A stretch of DNA of 63,374 nucleotides, filler included, from Octopus bimaculoides (taxonomy: Eukaryota), in assembly GCF_001194135.2 (NCBI RefSeq). It is 3 parts of 3 records of this genome, joined end to end, with 100 filler letters (N's around TTAATTAATTAA, not from the genome) between each part and the next. Parts side by side here need not be neighbours in the genome. Positions count along the whole stretch, not along the records: positions 11,285 to 38,398 come from NC_068983.1; positions 38,499 to 63,374 come from NC_068990.1; 1 more part is not named here. One strand, 5' to 3'. The notes beneath the pieces were generated by a model. The model saw nothing but the letters and a program-made list of their open reading frames with translations, had not been told where the DNA came from and did no database searches. Positions 37,492-50,445 of the stretch are shown here, in pieces. A program made the position numbers and the translations under genes. Within the stretch, counting starts at the first letter, position 1. Each line of letters opens with the position of its first letter.

Positions 37492-38367
37492 GTGTTTCGA
37501 ATGGGAGAGCATTTTTCTCTGTCTGTCTGTCTATCTGTCTATCTGTATGTATGTATGTATGTATATATGTATGTTTGTATGTATGTATGTATGTATGCAT
37601 GTATGTATGTATGCATGTATGTCACGTCACTCTTGGGGGCTACTTGTAAGATGTAGCCCAGTACCATCTGCTGCATGGTCGGGTCATCAGCGACTAAACT
37701 GGCAAGCCTATCAACCTTGCTTGATGAGAAGGTTGACGGTTGGACATCCAGCAGAACGGAAAATAAGACCTGTCACTGTAAAAAAATAATCATGCGCAGG
37801 CATCGCTTGGAAAGGGAGTAAGACCTATTCCCAAAAATGTCGCGTCCTAGCCTTCGCACGTGTAGGGCTTTCATTTTCCTCACGTGACAGCAATAATCGA
37901 ACATGACTTTGTATGTTTTTTTTTTATATATATGTCTTCACTGGGACATTCCACAAGTACTCCTTTAACTACCATTGGCTATAGCTTCTACTATATTGTG
38001 TGTTCTTTTGTATGTATTTATGTATGTATGTATGTATGTATGTATGTACAAACACGCACACACACACACATATATATATGTAAATAGAATCAAAGATACT
38101 TCCCAAACAACAGGTTCATAAAGCAAGTTCCCAGATTCTATGCCGTATTTAAGCCTCCTTGGTCGGGACATCGGTCCGTCGCAAAATCATTACTTTTCTT
38201 AGCTGAGTGAGCTGACACAACGTGAAATGAAATATGTTGCACTAGAACACAATATATCACCCGATACATCAGTGGAATAAAAGCACAATCTTACTGTCAT
38301 GATGCTACACCCTAACAACTGACCCTCACTCCTCCACACACACAGACACTCAGACATCCATATATAC

Positions 38368-38398
<31 letters not shown>

Positions 38399-38597
38399 NN
38401 NNNNNNNNNNNNNNNNNNNNNNNNNNNNNNNNNNNNNNNNNNTTAATTAATTAANNNNNNNNNNNNNNNNNNNNNNNNNNNNNNNNNNNNNNNNNNNNGT
38501 TAGGTAAATAAGTTATTTTTCATGAAACACAACTACTCTGGGAACTTTTTTATACTAACTCATACTTATATATATAAATATTATAAATAAATGCGCC

Positions 38598-38822
38598 CTT
38601 TTAAAGCCTAGCCAGGCTCATGGGCCCGGTTTCCCGGTTTCAATGGCATATGTGTTCCCCAGCTGGATGGGACGCCAATCCATCGCAGCGTTACTCATTT
38701 TTGCCAGCTGAGTGGACTGGAGCAACGTAAAAGGAAGTGTTTTGCTCAAGAACACAATGCGTCGCCCAGTCCAGGAATCGAAACCACAATCTTATGATCA
38801 TGATGCTGATAGCCTAACCACT
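38598..38822 (-). mobile_element. SINE family C variant
   Basis: CATTTTTGCCAGCTGAGTGGACTGGAGCAACG..GGAATCGAAACCACAATCTTATGATCATG..CCTAACCACT (reverse A/B boxes). Confidence 0.82.
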
Positions 38823-39055
38823 ATTAATAATAATAATAATAATAATAATAAAAATCCTTGAATGGAATTGATAAATATGTTAATGCATCGCTATGTGTGT
38901 TTCTACGAATCACATGTATTTACTATATTTATCCTACATTATATTGGCACAGTGCAACCCCAAAAAACTGTTATTGCCAATCAGCATCATCAGGCTGCAG
39001 CTGGCATAATGGAATAGGAGCTTTTATATGCAGATTCAAAATATTTCCTGTATGT

Positions 39056-39127
<72 letters not shown>

Positions 39128-39261
39128 TTTTACTAGTTTCAGTCACATGACTGCAGCCATGCTGGTGCATTGCCTTTATATATATATTATACATACATAT
39201 ATGTATATATATATATAATATATATATTTACTATACGTGTATGAATATATACATATATACT

Positions 39262-39306
<45 letters not shown>

Positions 39307-40368
39307 TTGCAAGATTTTTGATGTGAAATCGTGTGTTGAAACAGATGTTGTTGTACTTGGGGATGGTCATATTGCCAGTTTAGCCAATAAAAACACACGC
39401 ACTGTATATTTGGTGTTAATTTGCTTCAGCTTTATATTACATTAATCTTAATCTTATTTCGGCCAGAGTNNNNNNNNNNNNNNNNNNNNNNNNNNNNNNN
39501 NNNNNNNNNNNNNNNNNNNNNNNNNNNNNNNNNNNNNNNNNNNNNNNNNNNNNNNNNNNNNNNNNNNNNNNNNNNNNNNNNNNNNNNNNNNNNNNNNNNN
39601 NNNNNNNNNNNNNNNNNNNNNNNNNNNNNNNNNNNNNNNNNNNNNNNNNNNNNNNNNNNNNNNNNNNNNNNNNNNNNNNNNNNNNNNNNNNNNNNNNNNN
39701 NNNNNNNNNNNNNNNNNNNNNNNNNNNNNNNNNNNNNNNNNNNNNNNNNNNNNNNNNNNNNNNNNNNNNNNNNNNNNNNNNNNNNNNNNNNNNNNNNNNN
39801 NNNNNNNNNNNNNNNNNNNNNNNNNNNNNNNNNNNNNNNNNNNNNNNNNNNNNNNNNNNNNNNNNNNNNNNNNNNNNNNNNNNNNNNNNNNNNNNNNNNN
39901 NNNNNNNNNNNNNNNNNNNNNNNNNNNNNNNNNNNNNNNNNNNNNNNNNNNNNNNNNNNNNNNNNNNNNNNNNNNNNNNNNNNNNNNNNNNNNNNNNNNN
40001 NNNNNNNNNNNNNNNNNNNNNNNNNNNNNNNNNNNNNNNNNNNNNNNNNNNNNNNNNNNNNNNNNNNNNNNNNNNNNNNNNNNNNNNNNNNNNNNNNNNN
40101 NNNNNNNNNNNNNNNNNNNNNNNNNNNNNNNNNNNNNNNNNNNNNNNNNNNNNNNNNNNNNNNNNNNNNNNNNNNNNNNNNNNNNNNNNNNNNNNNNNNN
40201 NNNNNNNNNNNNNNNNNNNNNNNNNNNNNNNNNNNNNNNNNNNNNNNNNNNNNNNNNNNNNNNNNNNNNNNNNNNNNNNNNNNNNNNNNNNNNNNNNNNN
40301 NNNNNNNNNNNNNNNNNNNNNNNNNNNNNNNNNNNNNNNNNNNNNNNNNNNNNNNNNNNNNNNNNNNN

Positions 40369-40420
<52 letters not shown>

Positions 40421-40774
40421 GTACATATACACATTTCTATTGCCCATTTTCACTCACAAGATATTAATCAACTTGTGGTAATTGTAGCTCAAGATGACAT
40501 GTAGTGGGACGAAACCTGAGATTGTGTGGTTGAAACACAAACTCCTTAAACACGTGGCCATTCCTGGATCTCTGTATGAATACAATAAAAAAGAAAAATA
40601 CAAAAATGAAATTGCAAAATGGATACATTTGATTTATTCCAAAAAATTTTGTAAAAAATGTATCAAAATTCTTTATATCCTTTTTCCACTTGAAACAAGT
40701 TTCTGTCTTCAGAAAACTATGCTTTACTGAAGAGGTCTCATAAAACTGGAATATAGCCAAAACTGCTGACTTAC

Positions 40775-40801
40775 AAAGATCAAATTATCTCCCTCAATAT
40801 C
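40775..40801 (-). CDS. Candidate 27-bp micro-exon (DIEGDNLIF) of an unidentified gene
   Basis: Acceptor TAATTTAATTCTTAATTTCACAG and donor GTAAGT; only phase 0 is open. No homology support. Confidence 0.3.
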
Positions 40802-41849
40802 CTGTGAAATTAAGAATTAAATTATTGAAATTATCTGCCCACTTGCTAAAAACTGTTTCTAGGTTTTTATTTTCTGTCTCTAAAAAGCAAATTTCAATTT
40901 ATCTGAAATTTTTTGTAATTCAGTACATCACTACTGAAGATATAACCAATTTTCAAAGTTCTGTATAAAAATCAGAAGCTTAATTTTATAAACTCATGTA
41001 ATTATAACAGAAGTGCCTCTACATTATAGTTTATTATACTAAAACTGACAGCCAATCACCTCTTAAATCACACTCTACCATCTGCAAAATGGCAGGTAAG
41101 GTATATCTATATGCAATGTCTTCAAAGAGATGAATTGGTGACAGCTATAATACTTTTGATCATAGCTCTTCTCAGTCAGCACTGACTTGGTACTAAGAAT
41201 TTGCAACAAGATATTTTTTGACCTACAAGGATGATAAATGGTTTTAGATGAAGAGAAGTTTTGCAAACATATGTCAACAGAAGTCCTGCAGAAAGATGAA
41301 CAGAAGACTAGCAAAAAGTGTTTACAGATGTCAAGCAAATATTACATGAACAGATGTCTAGCAAACATTAGATGAACGAGACTTATTGCAAGCATTATGT
41401 GATCAGAAGTTCTGTAAATGTTAGATGAACAGAAGTTCAGTAAATATTTGATAAACAGAAGTCTATCAAACATCAGATAACATTGAAAAACAAAATAAAA
41501 CAAACCAATTCCCCATGAGATAGAATGTATCAAATTTTTGAGGTTTTTATTGTGGGTAATAGTCACAAATCTTTTAGTTCTTTAATTCCAACTACTAATT
41601 TGTTTTTAATGGAAGTAAATAGATGTAGAAAATCGTTGAATTGACTTTCTAAAGGAAATGATATAATGTAGATATCATGTGTTATATTATTGGTTCAGTT
41701 TTCTTCATGTACAAGATCAACATACGTATTTTCTTCAACTCATGTTTGATTAACATTGACACAAATGTAATATCTCATTAACTGTAATAATCTTTAGAGT
41801 TGCAGCTAGTTATTTACAACATAAAAGTATTCTGTTCCTTATCTGTAGC

Positions 41850-42063
41850 ACATAAGACCATTAGTGCTTGATCAAGCCAACAAAGCAGTCTAGGTGTGGT
41901 CAATCAACTGCTAGAAATAGCTGTCAAATCATCCCCCATAATTATAAACAAGAAACAACATGGGTAATGTAATTCTAGATAATCCTTAAAAGACAAGATG
42001 GTCACTGTTGGAATGCTTTTGATCTTAGATTTCCTCAATCTAAATTTCTAGGTCTAAACAACA
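41850..42063 (+). mobile_element. Dispersed repeat (SINE-like, AAC-type tail)
   Basis: GCTAGAAATAGCTGTCAAATC..GATGGTCACTGTTGGAATGCTTTTGATC..CTAAACAAC; related pieces at ~41045-41190 and, inverted, ~46080-46260. Confidence 0.5.
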
Positions 42064-42427
42064 ATTTGTGCTTCATAGTATTGATGTTTAGCACTATCAC
42101 TGCAACAGTGGCACTGTGTGCTTCACATGATTGGTACTTTATACCAAAGGTATTCATAACTTTGTTTACACTCATATGAATGAAAGGGAAACTTTGTTTC
42201 GATAATTTGTTTGCCTATTCTTTCTATTTTCAGAATTGAAAGCTCTATCATGAAGTTATCCTCTGTAATATAGGTTCTCATTAACTAACTAGACATGGTC
42301 GTTTTACAATCAGGATAACATAACAGGAATGTTTCTTGCAGTAATAGAAACGGGAGTCAGGAACTAAAGGTATGCTAAGGACTGAGAGGCTCATATTGGA
42401 AAGGTGAGACAAGATGCTGTATGTTAC

Positions 42428-42592
42428 CTGTCTCTCCATGAGTTGAAAAATAGGGGAATGCTGCATATCCTACCATTTCCATCACCAGTTTCTGAACCGG
42501 AAAGCAAACACTGTTTTTCCATATTATTATTGTTGCTAATACCAACAGTTATTGGCTCAATTAGAATATGTTTTAATACAGCATCAACTTCT
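42428..42592 (-). CDS. Candidate internal exon, 165 bp, phase 2 to 2: EVDAVLKHILIEPITVGISNNNNMEKQCLLSGSETGDGNGRICSIPLFFNSWRD
   Basis: Open frame between TATAG acceptor and CAG|GTAACA donor; protein-like composition in non-repeat sequence. Weak polypyrimidine tract; product unidentified. Confidence 0.4.
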
Positions 42593-42699
42593 CTATATTA
42601 ATCCAATGTGATCTCAACTGTCAGTTTCAATATTCATAGCTCTGGCCTAACTTATTAAAAATGTCTTGGTTTGCCTCTTCCAGTCCAAAGAATTTGTTT

Positions 42700-43035
42700 A
42701 AGACCCATCCACCACAACAGAATTGAGATCCTAAAACCAAGGTGCCACATAAAAAGCCATTGGTGTAGGTGCTGGTGCCACATAGAATGGAACTGGTGCT
42801 GGTGCCAGATAAAAAGCACTGGTGATGGTTCCACATAAAAAGCACCCAGTACACTCTGTAAAGTGGCTAGCATTAAGAAGGATATCCAGCCATAGAAACC
42901 ATGCCAAAACAGATTACGGGACCTGGTGTGGTCCCTGACCTTGCCGGTTCTTGTCAAGCCATCCAACTCTTGCCAGTATGGAAAATGGATGTTAAATGTT
43001 GATGATGATGATGATGATAATGATGATGATGATGA
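42700..43035 (+). mobile_element. RTE LINE 3'UTR copy with internal minisatellite and (GAT)n tail
   Basis: AAAAAGCACCCAGTACACTCTG..GGATATCCAGCCATAGAAACC..GGAAAATGGATGTTAAATG(ATG)n; homologous to 53200-53476. Confidence 0.75.
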
Positions 43036-43914
43036 GACCAGCAGTTCTCAAATGGAGTCCATATGATCCTTAAAGATCTATATAAGATTTTGTTTTAAAA
43101 ATTTATGTGCAATGAATTGCTTATACTTCTACAATACACGTAATATTTTAATAGGTTTTTGTACATTTCCTAATAATATTTAACCATAAAAATATGCTAG
43201 GATTTTTTTAAAGCATCAACTGGCTATGGGGATTCACCTGAGTGAAATAGAAATCAAAAGGGGTCTATAGGTAAAAATAGTTGAGAACAACTGGCTGAAA
43301 CTCTGTCATTTATTTGAAGGATGTCTCCATTCCTAGATTCTCATCTGTCTTGACTTAGAATATCATCTCAAAATATTGATATTCTATCGGTTTTTGACAT
43401 GAACTCAACCTATTTAGTAGTTAACATTCAACATAACATATGCTAATAATAAGTCACTGAAAATGCTCTGATTTCAGGGCTCATATTTCACAAATACACA
43501 ACATCACACTTCATTCAGGCATCTCATATAGTCACCCTTTTAGAAGGAAAGAGAAACCCTTTATTTTTAACATGAGTAGTAGGTTCCTAAATAGAGCTCA
43601 TAATTTTCACACTGCAAAGGAAGTCATTGTGTTATCTATGTCATACTTTTCTTTCAGAATAATTAGGAAAGAATGATTATAACTAATTAAAAATGAATGA
43701 AAGATAATAACTATTATTGGTTCCACAACAAAATTAATGTCATGTGTAATAGTTTTTGTGAAGACATAAATGTTTTTCATTTCCATATTTGATTTATATA
43801 ACACAAATTCACTTATGAATAACTAATCCTTTGGTTAGTGCATTTTCAGAACTCTTGTCTTGTTTAGGTTTAGTATCAAAAACTTAAAGTAAACCCTATG
43901 TATATTAGTTTCAA

Positions 43915-44032
43915 ATTTTTGCTCAAGGCCTGAAATTAAGGCAGTTGGGGTAAGTCAATTACATCAACTCCAGTGCTCAACTGATACTTATTTTATTGAC
44001 CGTGAAAGGATGAAAGGCAAAGTCAACCTTGG
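43915..44032 (-). mobile_element. SINE family B fragment
   Basis: TTTCAAATTTTT..TACTTATTTTATTGACCGTGAAAGGATGAAAGGCAAAGTCAACCTTGGC. Confidence 0.75.
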
Positions 44033-44484
44033 CACAAAGAGACCGATAGAATAAGTCTCAGTCTTTAAAAAAAATAATAAATGCTGGTGTTGATTCATTC
44101 AACTAAAAGACTCTTCAAGATGGTGTCCCAGCACTGCAGCAATCTAAAAAAAGATATAAAATTATTGTTACATCATTCTGTTGACTTGAATTATAATTCT
44201 AAGCCTTTTGGAATCTATAATTAATTCAGATTCATTAATACTTGTATGATTTATCTAGAAACAGAATATTTATGCATACTGATGGAAGAATGCAGAAAAT
44301 ATGGTGGACTGAAAATATCATTCTAAGTAAAACATTATATATGCACAATGATCTGATATTTGTAAACATCTATTTTACTTACTGCTTATTATTCAGTAGT
44401 TTTGTTTCTAGTTTTTTTTTTCTGATTCCTCTCAAACCTGATAATATTGACCTCTACAATGTGTTAATATGATTTGCAGATGAT

Positions 44485-44702
44485 ATGGTGGTGCACTGGT
44501 AGAATTGTTATCATACCAGGCAAGATGTTTAGCAGCATTTTGTCTGTCTTTATGTTCTAAGCTCAAATTCCCCTGAGGTCAACTTCACCTTTCATCCTTT
44601 CGGAATTGATAAAATAAGTACCAGTTGAGTACTTGGCTCAATATAATTGATTTACTCCCATGCCCGAAATTGCTGGCCTTGTGTCAAAATTTGAAACCAA
44701 TA
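44485..44702 (+). mobile_element. SINE family B, full length, CpG-decayed
   Basis: GCACTGGTAGAATTGTTATCATACCAGG..CTCAAATTCC..CACCTTTCATCCTTTCGGAATTGATAAAATAAGTACCAG..CAAAATTTGAAACC. Confidence 0.82.
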
Positions 44703-44759
44703 TGATTTGCAGAAGAGTTAATTTATAGATACCATGACACTAAAAAGTTGATTTATCTT

Positions 44760-44986
44760 TTCTTTTTTATCTTTTGCTTGTTTCAGTCATTAGAGTATGG
44801 CCATGCTGGGACACCACCTTGAAGAATTTTTAGACAGATAGATCAACCGCAGTACTTACTTAGTTTTTTTATTTTTTAAACACTGGTAATTATTCTATCA
44901 GTCTCTTTTGTTAAACCTCTAAGTTATGAGGACAAAGACACACCAACACTGGTTGTCAAGCAGTGGTGGAAAACAAACACAGACAC

Positions 44987-45020
<34 letters not shown>

Positions 45021-45168
45021 TGATGGACTTCTTTCAGCTTCTGTCTACCAAATCCACTCACAAGTCTTTGGGCAACTTGAGGCTATAATAGAAGACATTT
45101 ATTTGCCCAAGGTATCATGCAGTGGGACTATACCCAGAACCATGTGGTTGGGAAGCAAGCTTCTCACC
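44760..45168 (-). mobile_element. SINE family A, full length, CpG-decayed
   Basis: Same order as 56954-57340: 3' end, (CA)n, head. Confidence 0.82.
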
Positions 45169-45364
45169 TGACTTGGATTCTGAAGAAAAGAGAAACAATC
45201 AACCTGACATTAGTTCAACAGGAGCTATGTCCATCATGACTATAGGTTTTACTTTAATGTTTCATGTTAGTTGCTCATTATAATGCACCAGACTTCAACA
45301 TATCTTGGTCCAAATACATAATCATTATAGTCCATATTAGCTCTGTTGACCCATTTGGTGATCT

Positions 45365-45960
45365 TTTTCATCATCATCATCATTTAGCATCCATTTTTCC
45401 ATGCTGACATAGGTTTGACAGTGTGACAGGAGCTGGCAAGGCCAGAAGCCACACCAGGTTCCGTAGTATCTTTTGGCATGGTTTCTACAGCTGGATGCTC
45501 TCCCTAGTGCCAACCACTTCACAGAGTGTACTGGGTGCTTTATACGTGGCACCATCACCAGTGCTTTTTACATGATACTATCATCAGTGTTTTTTACTTG
45601 GCATCATCACAAGTGTTTTTTATGTGGTCCCAGCACCAGTGCTTTTTACATGACACCAACACCAGTATTTTTTATGTGGTACTAGCACCAGTGCTTTTTA
45701 CATGGCACCAATACTAGTGCATTTTATGTGACACCAGCACCAGTGCTTTTTACATGAGGTACCAGTAACAGTGCTTTTTACATGGTACCAACACTAGTGC
45801 ATTTTATGTGACACCAGCACCAGTGCTTTTTACATGAGGTACCAGTAACAGTGCTTTTTACATGGTACCAGTGCTTTTAATTTGACACTACCAGTGTTTT
45901 CTTATGTAGACCAGCACTGATTTGATCACCAAGTACCTTGCAAGACAGGAACCCTTAGAC
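45365..45960 (-). mobile_element. RTE LINE 3'UTR copy with expanded internal minisatellite
   Basis: (CAT)n tail at left, TTTCTACAGCTGGATGCTCTCCCTAG, then many CACCAGTGCTTTTTACATG units (45555-45900). Confidence 0.78.
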
Positions 45961-46309
45961 TAAGAGTGGTGGTGGTAGTAGGGGAGTAATCTATGATATA
46001 TAATATATGATATATAATATATGAATCTATTGTATATCTATTTATGATATATAATATATGAATCTATTGTACAAGCTGAGTGACTCAATGAACAATTCTT
46101 CAGTTCTGATCAATCAGATATATAATGAAAAGCCTTCCAACCATGATTGTTCAATGTATCTTACCTTATTCAAGAAAGTAGGGTGTAATTGCTAGTGTTT
46201 CTAGTAGGTCAAGAGATCATGTAGTGGATTATTTGTTGATGTACAATGTGTAATTGAAAACTTGTTGGTATTTCTTCTATTTTGCTTATAGACTTAAGAA
46301 AGAGTTCTT

Positions 46310-46531
46310 ATATTCTTTTACTTGTTTCAGTCGTTTGACAGTGGCCATGCTGGAACACTGCATTAAAAGGTTTTAGTTGAATAAATCGACCCCAGGACTT
46401 ATTCTTTGTAAGCCTAGTACTTATTCTATGAGTCTCTTTTGCTGAGCTGCTAAGTTACAGGGACATAAACTCACAAGCATCAACTGTCAAGCAATGGTGG
46501 GGGGACAAACACACAGACAGACAGACAGACA

Positions 46532-46570
<39 letters not shown>

Positions 46571-46645
46571 ATATATACGACAGGCTTATTTCAGTTTCTG
46601 TCTACCAAATCCACTCACAAGTCTTTGGTCGGCCTGAGGCTATAG
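46310..46645 (-). mobile_element. SINE family A, head truncated
   Basis: TTTTACTTGTTTCAGTC..AAATCGACCCCAGGACTTATTC..(CAGA)n(CA)n..CCACTCACAAGTCTTTGGTCGGCC. Confidence 0.82.
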
Positions 46646-46859
46646 TAGACGACACTTGCCCAAAGGTAGTGATTTAATGAAATTGTTAAAGCATTGACAA
46701 ATGCGCAACATCCTATTTATTGTATTTGATAGAATAAATAGGCTGTCAGATCACTTCGGAATGGTTTCATATAGTACATATTCACCTCTTCGGTAAGATA
46801 CCTGCATCTGTTCTTCTATTATACTTCATTATCCTTCAATACTATACTCCATTCAGTTG

Positions 46860-47097
46860 AAGAGTCTTGTCTTGTGGGTACTTGGTGACCTCACTAGTAC
46901 TGGTTGCATGCAAAAGTACTCAGTACACTCTGTGAGATGAGGTAGTTGACATCAGAAAGGACAGCCAACTATAGAAACCATGTCAAAGCAGACACTGGAG
47001 CTCAGCACAGCCTTCTGACTTGTTGGTTTATGTTGAACCATCCAACCCTTGCTAGCATGGAGAAAAAGACTTTGAATTATGATGATGATGATGATGA
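46860..47097 (+). mobile_element. RTE LINE 3'UTR copy
   Basis: TACTTGGTGACCTCACTAG..CAGTACACTCTGTGAG..CCATCCAACCCTTGCTAGCATGG..(GAT)n. Confidence 0.72.
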
Positions 47098-47117
47098 CAT
47101 AATACAATTTTTCTCAC

Positions 47118-47214
47118 AAGCAGTACTGAGCAGAAACTCTCATGTTGGGGTCAAAGGAGAACTGCTCTGAGCTGAAACACTCATAAGGCAATGGCAGAGC
47201 CACCTCTGCTTTAG
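47118..47214 (-). CDS. Candidate internal exon, 97 bp, phase 1 to 2: KAEVALPLPYECFSSEQFSFDPNMRVSAQYC
   Basis: The only one of six frames open across the interval; acceptor TTTTGTTATCATGCAG, donor GTGAGA; GC-richer than the flanks. Product unidentified. Confidence 0.5.
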
Positions 47215-47789
47215 CTGCATGATAACAAAACATTCACTACTCTACCATTCCACATCAACAATGCAAGGAATTACAGAAAATTTCTTTACTTTGTTATCAT
47301 ACTGATTTCTATATTTACTTTAATATCATATGAAGTTTTAGATTTGCACAGCAGAACAGAATTGATGTTGTGATATAAATGCCTTTTCATAGGCATCAGT
47401 ATTACCTGTTCTTTGCGTAAATCAAAACATTATTACGTAGTCTGTTTGTAGTGAGTTTAACTCACAATAACTATGAGAATTTTTATAGAACTATTCAAGC
47501 AGCATTTGTTCTGGTCTAGTTGGTTTTCTGTTTATATAACTTACATAGCTGAGTTCACAAATTAAATCTCCTGACAGGTTGGGAGAAAAGGAAGACAAAT
47601 AATACAGATAGTTTAATCTCATCAATATTCCATACATGTCAAAAGATGAGAAACAAACCAGTTTTGGATTATTCATTTTTCTAATTAAGATAATTAAAAT
47701 ATCTTTCAGACTGCTATTAAGAGGAATAGGCAACTAACTAACTTGGTAAATTGTGGTTTTGTAAGTTACAGCAGATGAGATGGCATTAC

Positions 47790-47878
47790 TTTCTCTTGAT
47801 CAGAAATTTCTTCAGGCAGAAGACTGATTAAATTAGAGATATTGTGGAATAACCATAATTTTCTCTGATGAAAATGAT
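47790..47878 (-). CDS. Candidate exon, 89 bp, phase 1 to 0: HFHQRKLWLFHNISNLISLLPEEISDQEK
   Basis: Acceptor CCTCTTTGTCACAG, donor GTAATG; phase-compatible with 47990-48034 across a 111-bp intron. Confidence 0.35.
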
Positions 47879-47989
47879 CTGTGACAAAGAGGCAACCAAT
47901 CAAATTTGGAGGCATAACCAAGGCCAAACCATGCTACATATACAAGGCTTCTGAAACTATACTGCATACTCTGCCCTGCAGTATCTTAC

Positions 47990-48034
47990 TGGGTACAGTT
48001 GGCAGGGACTCAGAAGATAATAATCTGTGTTCAC
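47990..48034 (-). CDS. Candidate exon, 45 bp, phase 1 to 1: (G)EHRLLSSESLPTVP
   Basis: Acceptor CTCTCTTTTAATAG, donor CA|GTAAGA. Confidence 0.33.
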
Positions 48035-48074
48035 CTATTAAAAGAGAGTCTAGGGTTGACTGTTTTGATGCCTA

Positions 48075-48545
48075 GGTGCAGGCATGGCTGTGTGGTAAGA
48101 AGTTTTCTTCCTGATCACACAGTGCTTGGTTCAGTCCCATTGTGTGGCATCTTGGGTGAGTGTCTTCTGCTATAGCCTTGTAAATGGATTTAGTAGACAG
48201 AAACTGAAATAAGCTTATTGTACACATACACACGTACGCATGCACGCACACACAGAGACACACACACACAGACACACACACACATATAAATATATACATT
48301 TGTCTGTGTGAATGCTTTTGTGACTGTGTTTGCCCTCCACCATTGCTTGACAACCAATGTTGGTTTGTTTACTTCCCTGTAACTTAGTATTTCTTCATAA
48401 GAGACTGATAGAATAAGTACCAGATTTAAAAACAAAAACAAAAAAAAAGCAAAAAACAAAAGAAGTACTGGAGTCAATTCATTCAACTAAAAATTCTGCA
48501 AGGTATTGCTGCAGCATCGTTACAGTCTGAAACAAGTAAAAGATT
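48075..48545 (+). mobile_element. SINE family A, full length, CpG-decayed
   Basis: GCATGGCTGTGTGGTAAGAAG head, GGTTCAGTCCC B-box-like, internal (CA)/(TG) tract, 3' GACTGATAGAATAAGTAC..CTGAAACAAGTAAAAGA. Confidence 0.82.
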
Positions 48546-49321
48546 AAAGACAACAGGAGAATCTGATTAGGATTGAAGTGGAGGTGATTAAGAAGAATGA
48601 AGAGCAGTTATCCTTTGGTTTATAAAATACAGAAACCCAGCACAAAACTACAACTGGTGCTGTGATTATCATCTTTGTCTCAGAGGAGTAGATGCAGTTT
48701 GGCCAAATGGTTAAGAAATTTACTTCACAATCACAAAATCCCAAGTTTGATTGCACATTATAGTTTCTTGAGCAAGGTTTTCTTTACTATAGTATGAACT
48801 CAACCAAAGCCTTGTGAGTGAAATTAGGTAGATAGAAACTGTATGGAAGCCTGCTGGATTGACTGTTCATGTAATACAAAGGTCTGGCTGAGTAGTATAT
48901 AAATTTTTTAGCATTCAGAATTTAAGACAATTAAAGAACTCTGTCAATGTTTTAGAGTTGTAAAAACTATGAGAATGTTCCTTGAAAGATACAAATACAC
49001 ACACATACACATTCATATATACAATGGGCTTCTTTCAATTACCATTTACTGAATCCACTCACAAGGCTTTGGTCAGTGCCAAGCTATAGTAGAAATTTGC
49101 CCGAGGTGCTCTGCAATAAAGGGGAAAAAAGTTTTATTGCCATTTTTCTATTCTCGTGTGAGAAAAGTGCTTTGTTTGGAACAATTTTAGTTTTGCAAAT
49201 AGATTCCCTTCTTTGGTTAATTTCTCAATTGTGAATGAGTAGAACCTGTATTTCTTCAGTCAATCAAACTATAGTAAGCAGATATGCAACACACAGGTAG
49301 TAAGACCTGAACATGTGACTA

Positions 49322-49322
49322 T

Positions 49323-49355
<33 letters not shown>

Positions 49356-49530
49356 GTTTAACGTCCGCTTTCCATGCTAGCATGGGTTGGACGATTTGAC
49401 TGAGGACTGGTGAAACCGGATGGCAACACCAGGCTCCAATCTAATTTGGCAGAGTTTCTACAGCTGGATGCCCTTCCTAACGCCAACCACTCAGAGAGTG
49501 TAGTGGGTGCTTTTACGTGTCACCCGCACG
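49322..49530 (-). mobile_element. Young RTE LINE 3'UTR copy, CpGs intact
   Basis: (CAT)nCGTTTAACGTCCGCTTTCCATGCTAGCATGGGTTGGACG..GGATGCCCTTCCTAACGCCAACCAC. Confidence 0.82.
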
Positions 49531-49544
49531 AATATCGATTTTAA

Positions 49545-49752
49545 ATATTTGGCACAAGGCCAGCAAATTCCTAGGGAGCAGGTAAGTTGACTACATTGAC
49601 TCTTGTCCTTAAATGGTGCTTATTTCATCAACTCTGAAGAGATGAAAAACAAAATCAATCTTGATGGAATTTGAACTCAGAACATAAAGACATGAAAAGC
49701 TGCGAAGCATTTTGCCCAGCATGCTAACGATTCTGCCAGCTGGTCACCTTAA
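49545..49752 (-). mobile_element. SINE family B, full length
   Basis: TTTGGCACAAGGCCAGC..GGAATTTGAACTCAGAAC..GCATTTTGCCCAGCATGCTAACGATTCTGCCAGC. Confidence 0.82.
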
Positions 49753-50445
49753 CTTATGCTTGTATTATCAGTGGTTTTAGCACCTTAAGTCTTAGATCTA
49801 TACAGTGCTTATTATAACAGTTTTTCTTTTAAAAGTGTATCAAACCTTTTTTAAAACAGCCAAATAAGGATGATTGACTATCCACAAATCTTCAGATTTA
49901 TTGTTTATAAAGTTTTGCAAAAGAATATCTTAAAAATATACATGTAGACAAAGCCTGAAGAAACTGTATTAGGTGAATTAAAATAAACTCTTGTCAATTA
50001 CAATTTATGTCAGAAAAATGTGTTAATATGACACACAGGAAGACCTACCTAATCAACTTCAACAGAAATTTCATATTAACTTTTCTAGCCTGAAGTACCA
50101 CACAGTAGTATGGTCAGCTATTTCTTATGGCTGTAGCTGCTAGCAAAACAAACAGCATTGGCTGAATATATTTCTGTTAAATATTTCTTTAATTAATATA
50201 TGTCTGCTAGTTGGTATATATTCTACCTGTTTCACTACTTCCAGTGGGGAAAGACAAATTCTACATTCAGATTTCGGAAACTGAAAACAGTTTTTTGAAA
50301 CAAAAAAATTGCTATTTATTAATTATGCAACATGCATAACAAGAAACACCCATTATTCTACACATATATTGCCAGTTGAAAGTTTCGAATATAAAAGCAA
50401 TTTGAGTTTTTAATAAAAAATTTCTGTGTAAAGTGAACAAATTAT

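Noticed and set aside
37660-37695. CTGATGA on the minus strand followed by a hairpin (hammerhead candidate)
   Set aside because: No GAAA after the putative stem II.
16813-40467. Long ORFs of 150-350 aa containing X runs
   Set aside because: They span N gaps and carry no information.
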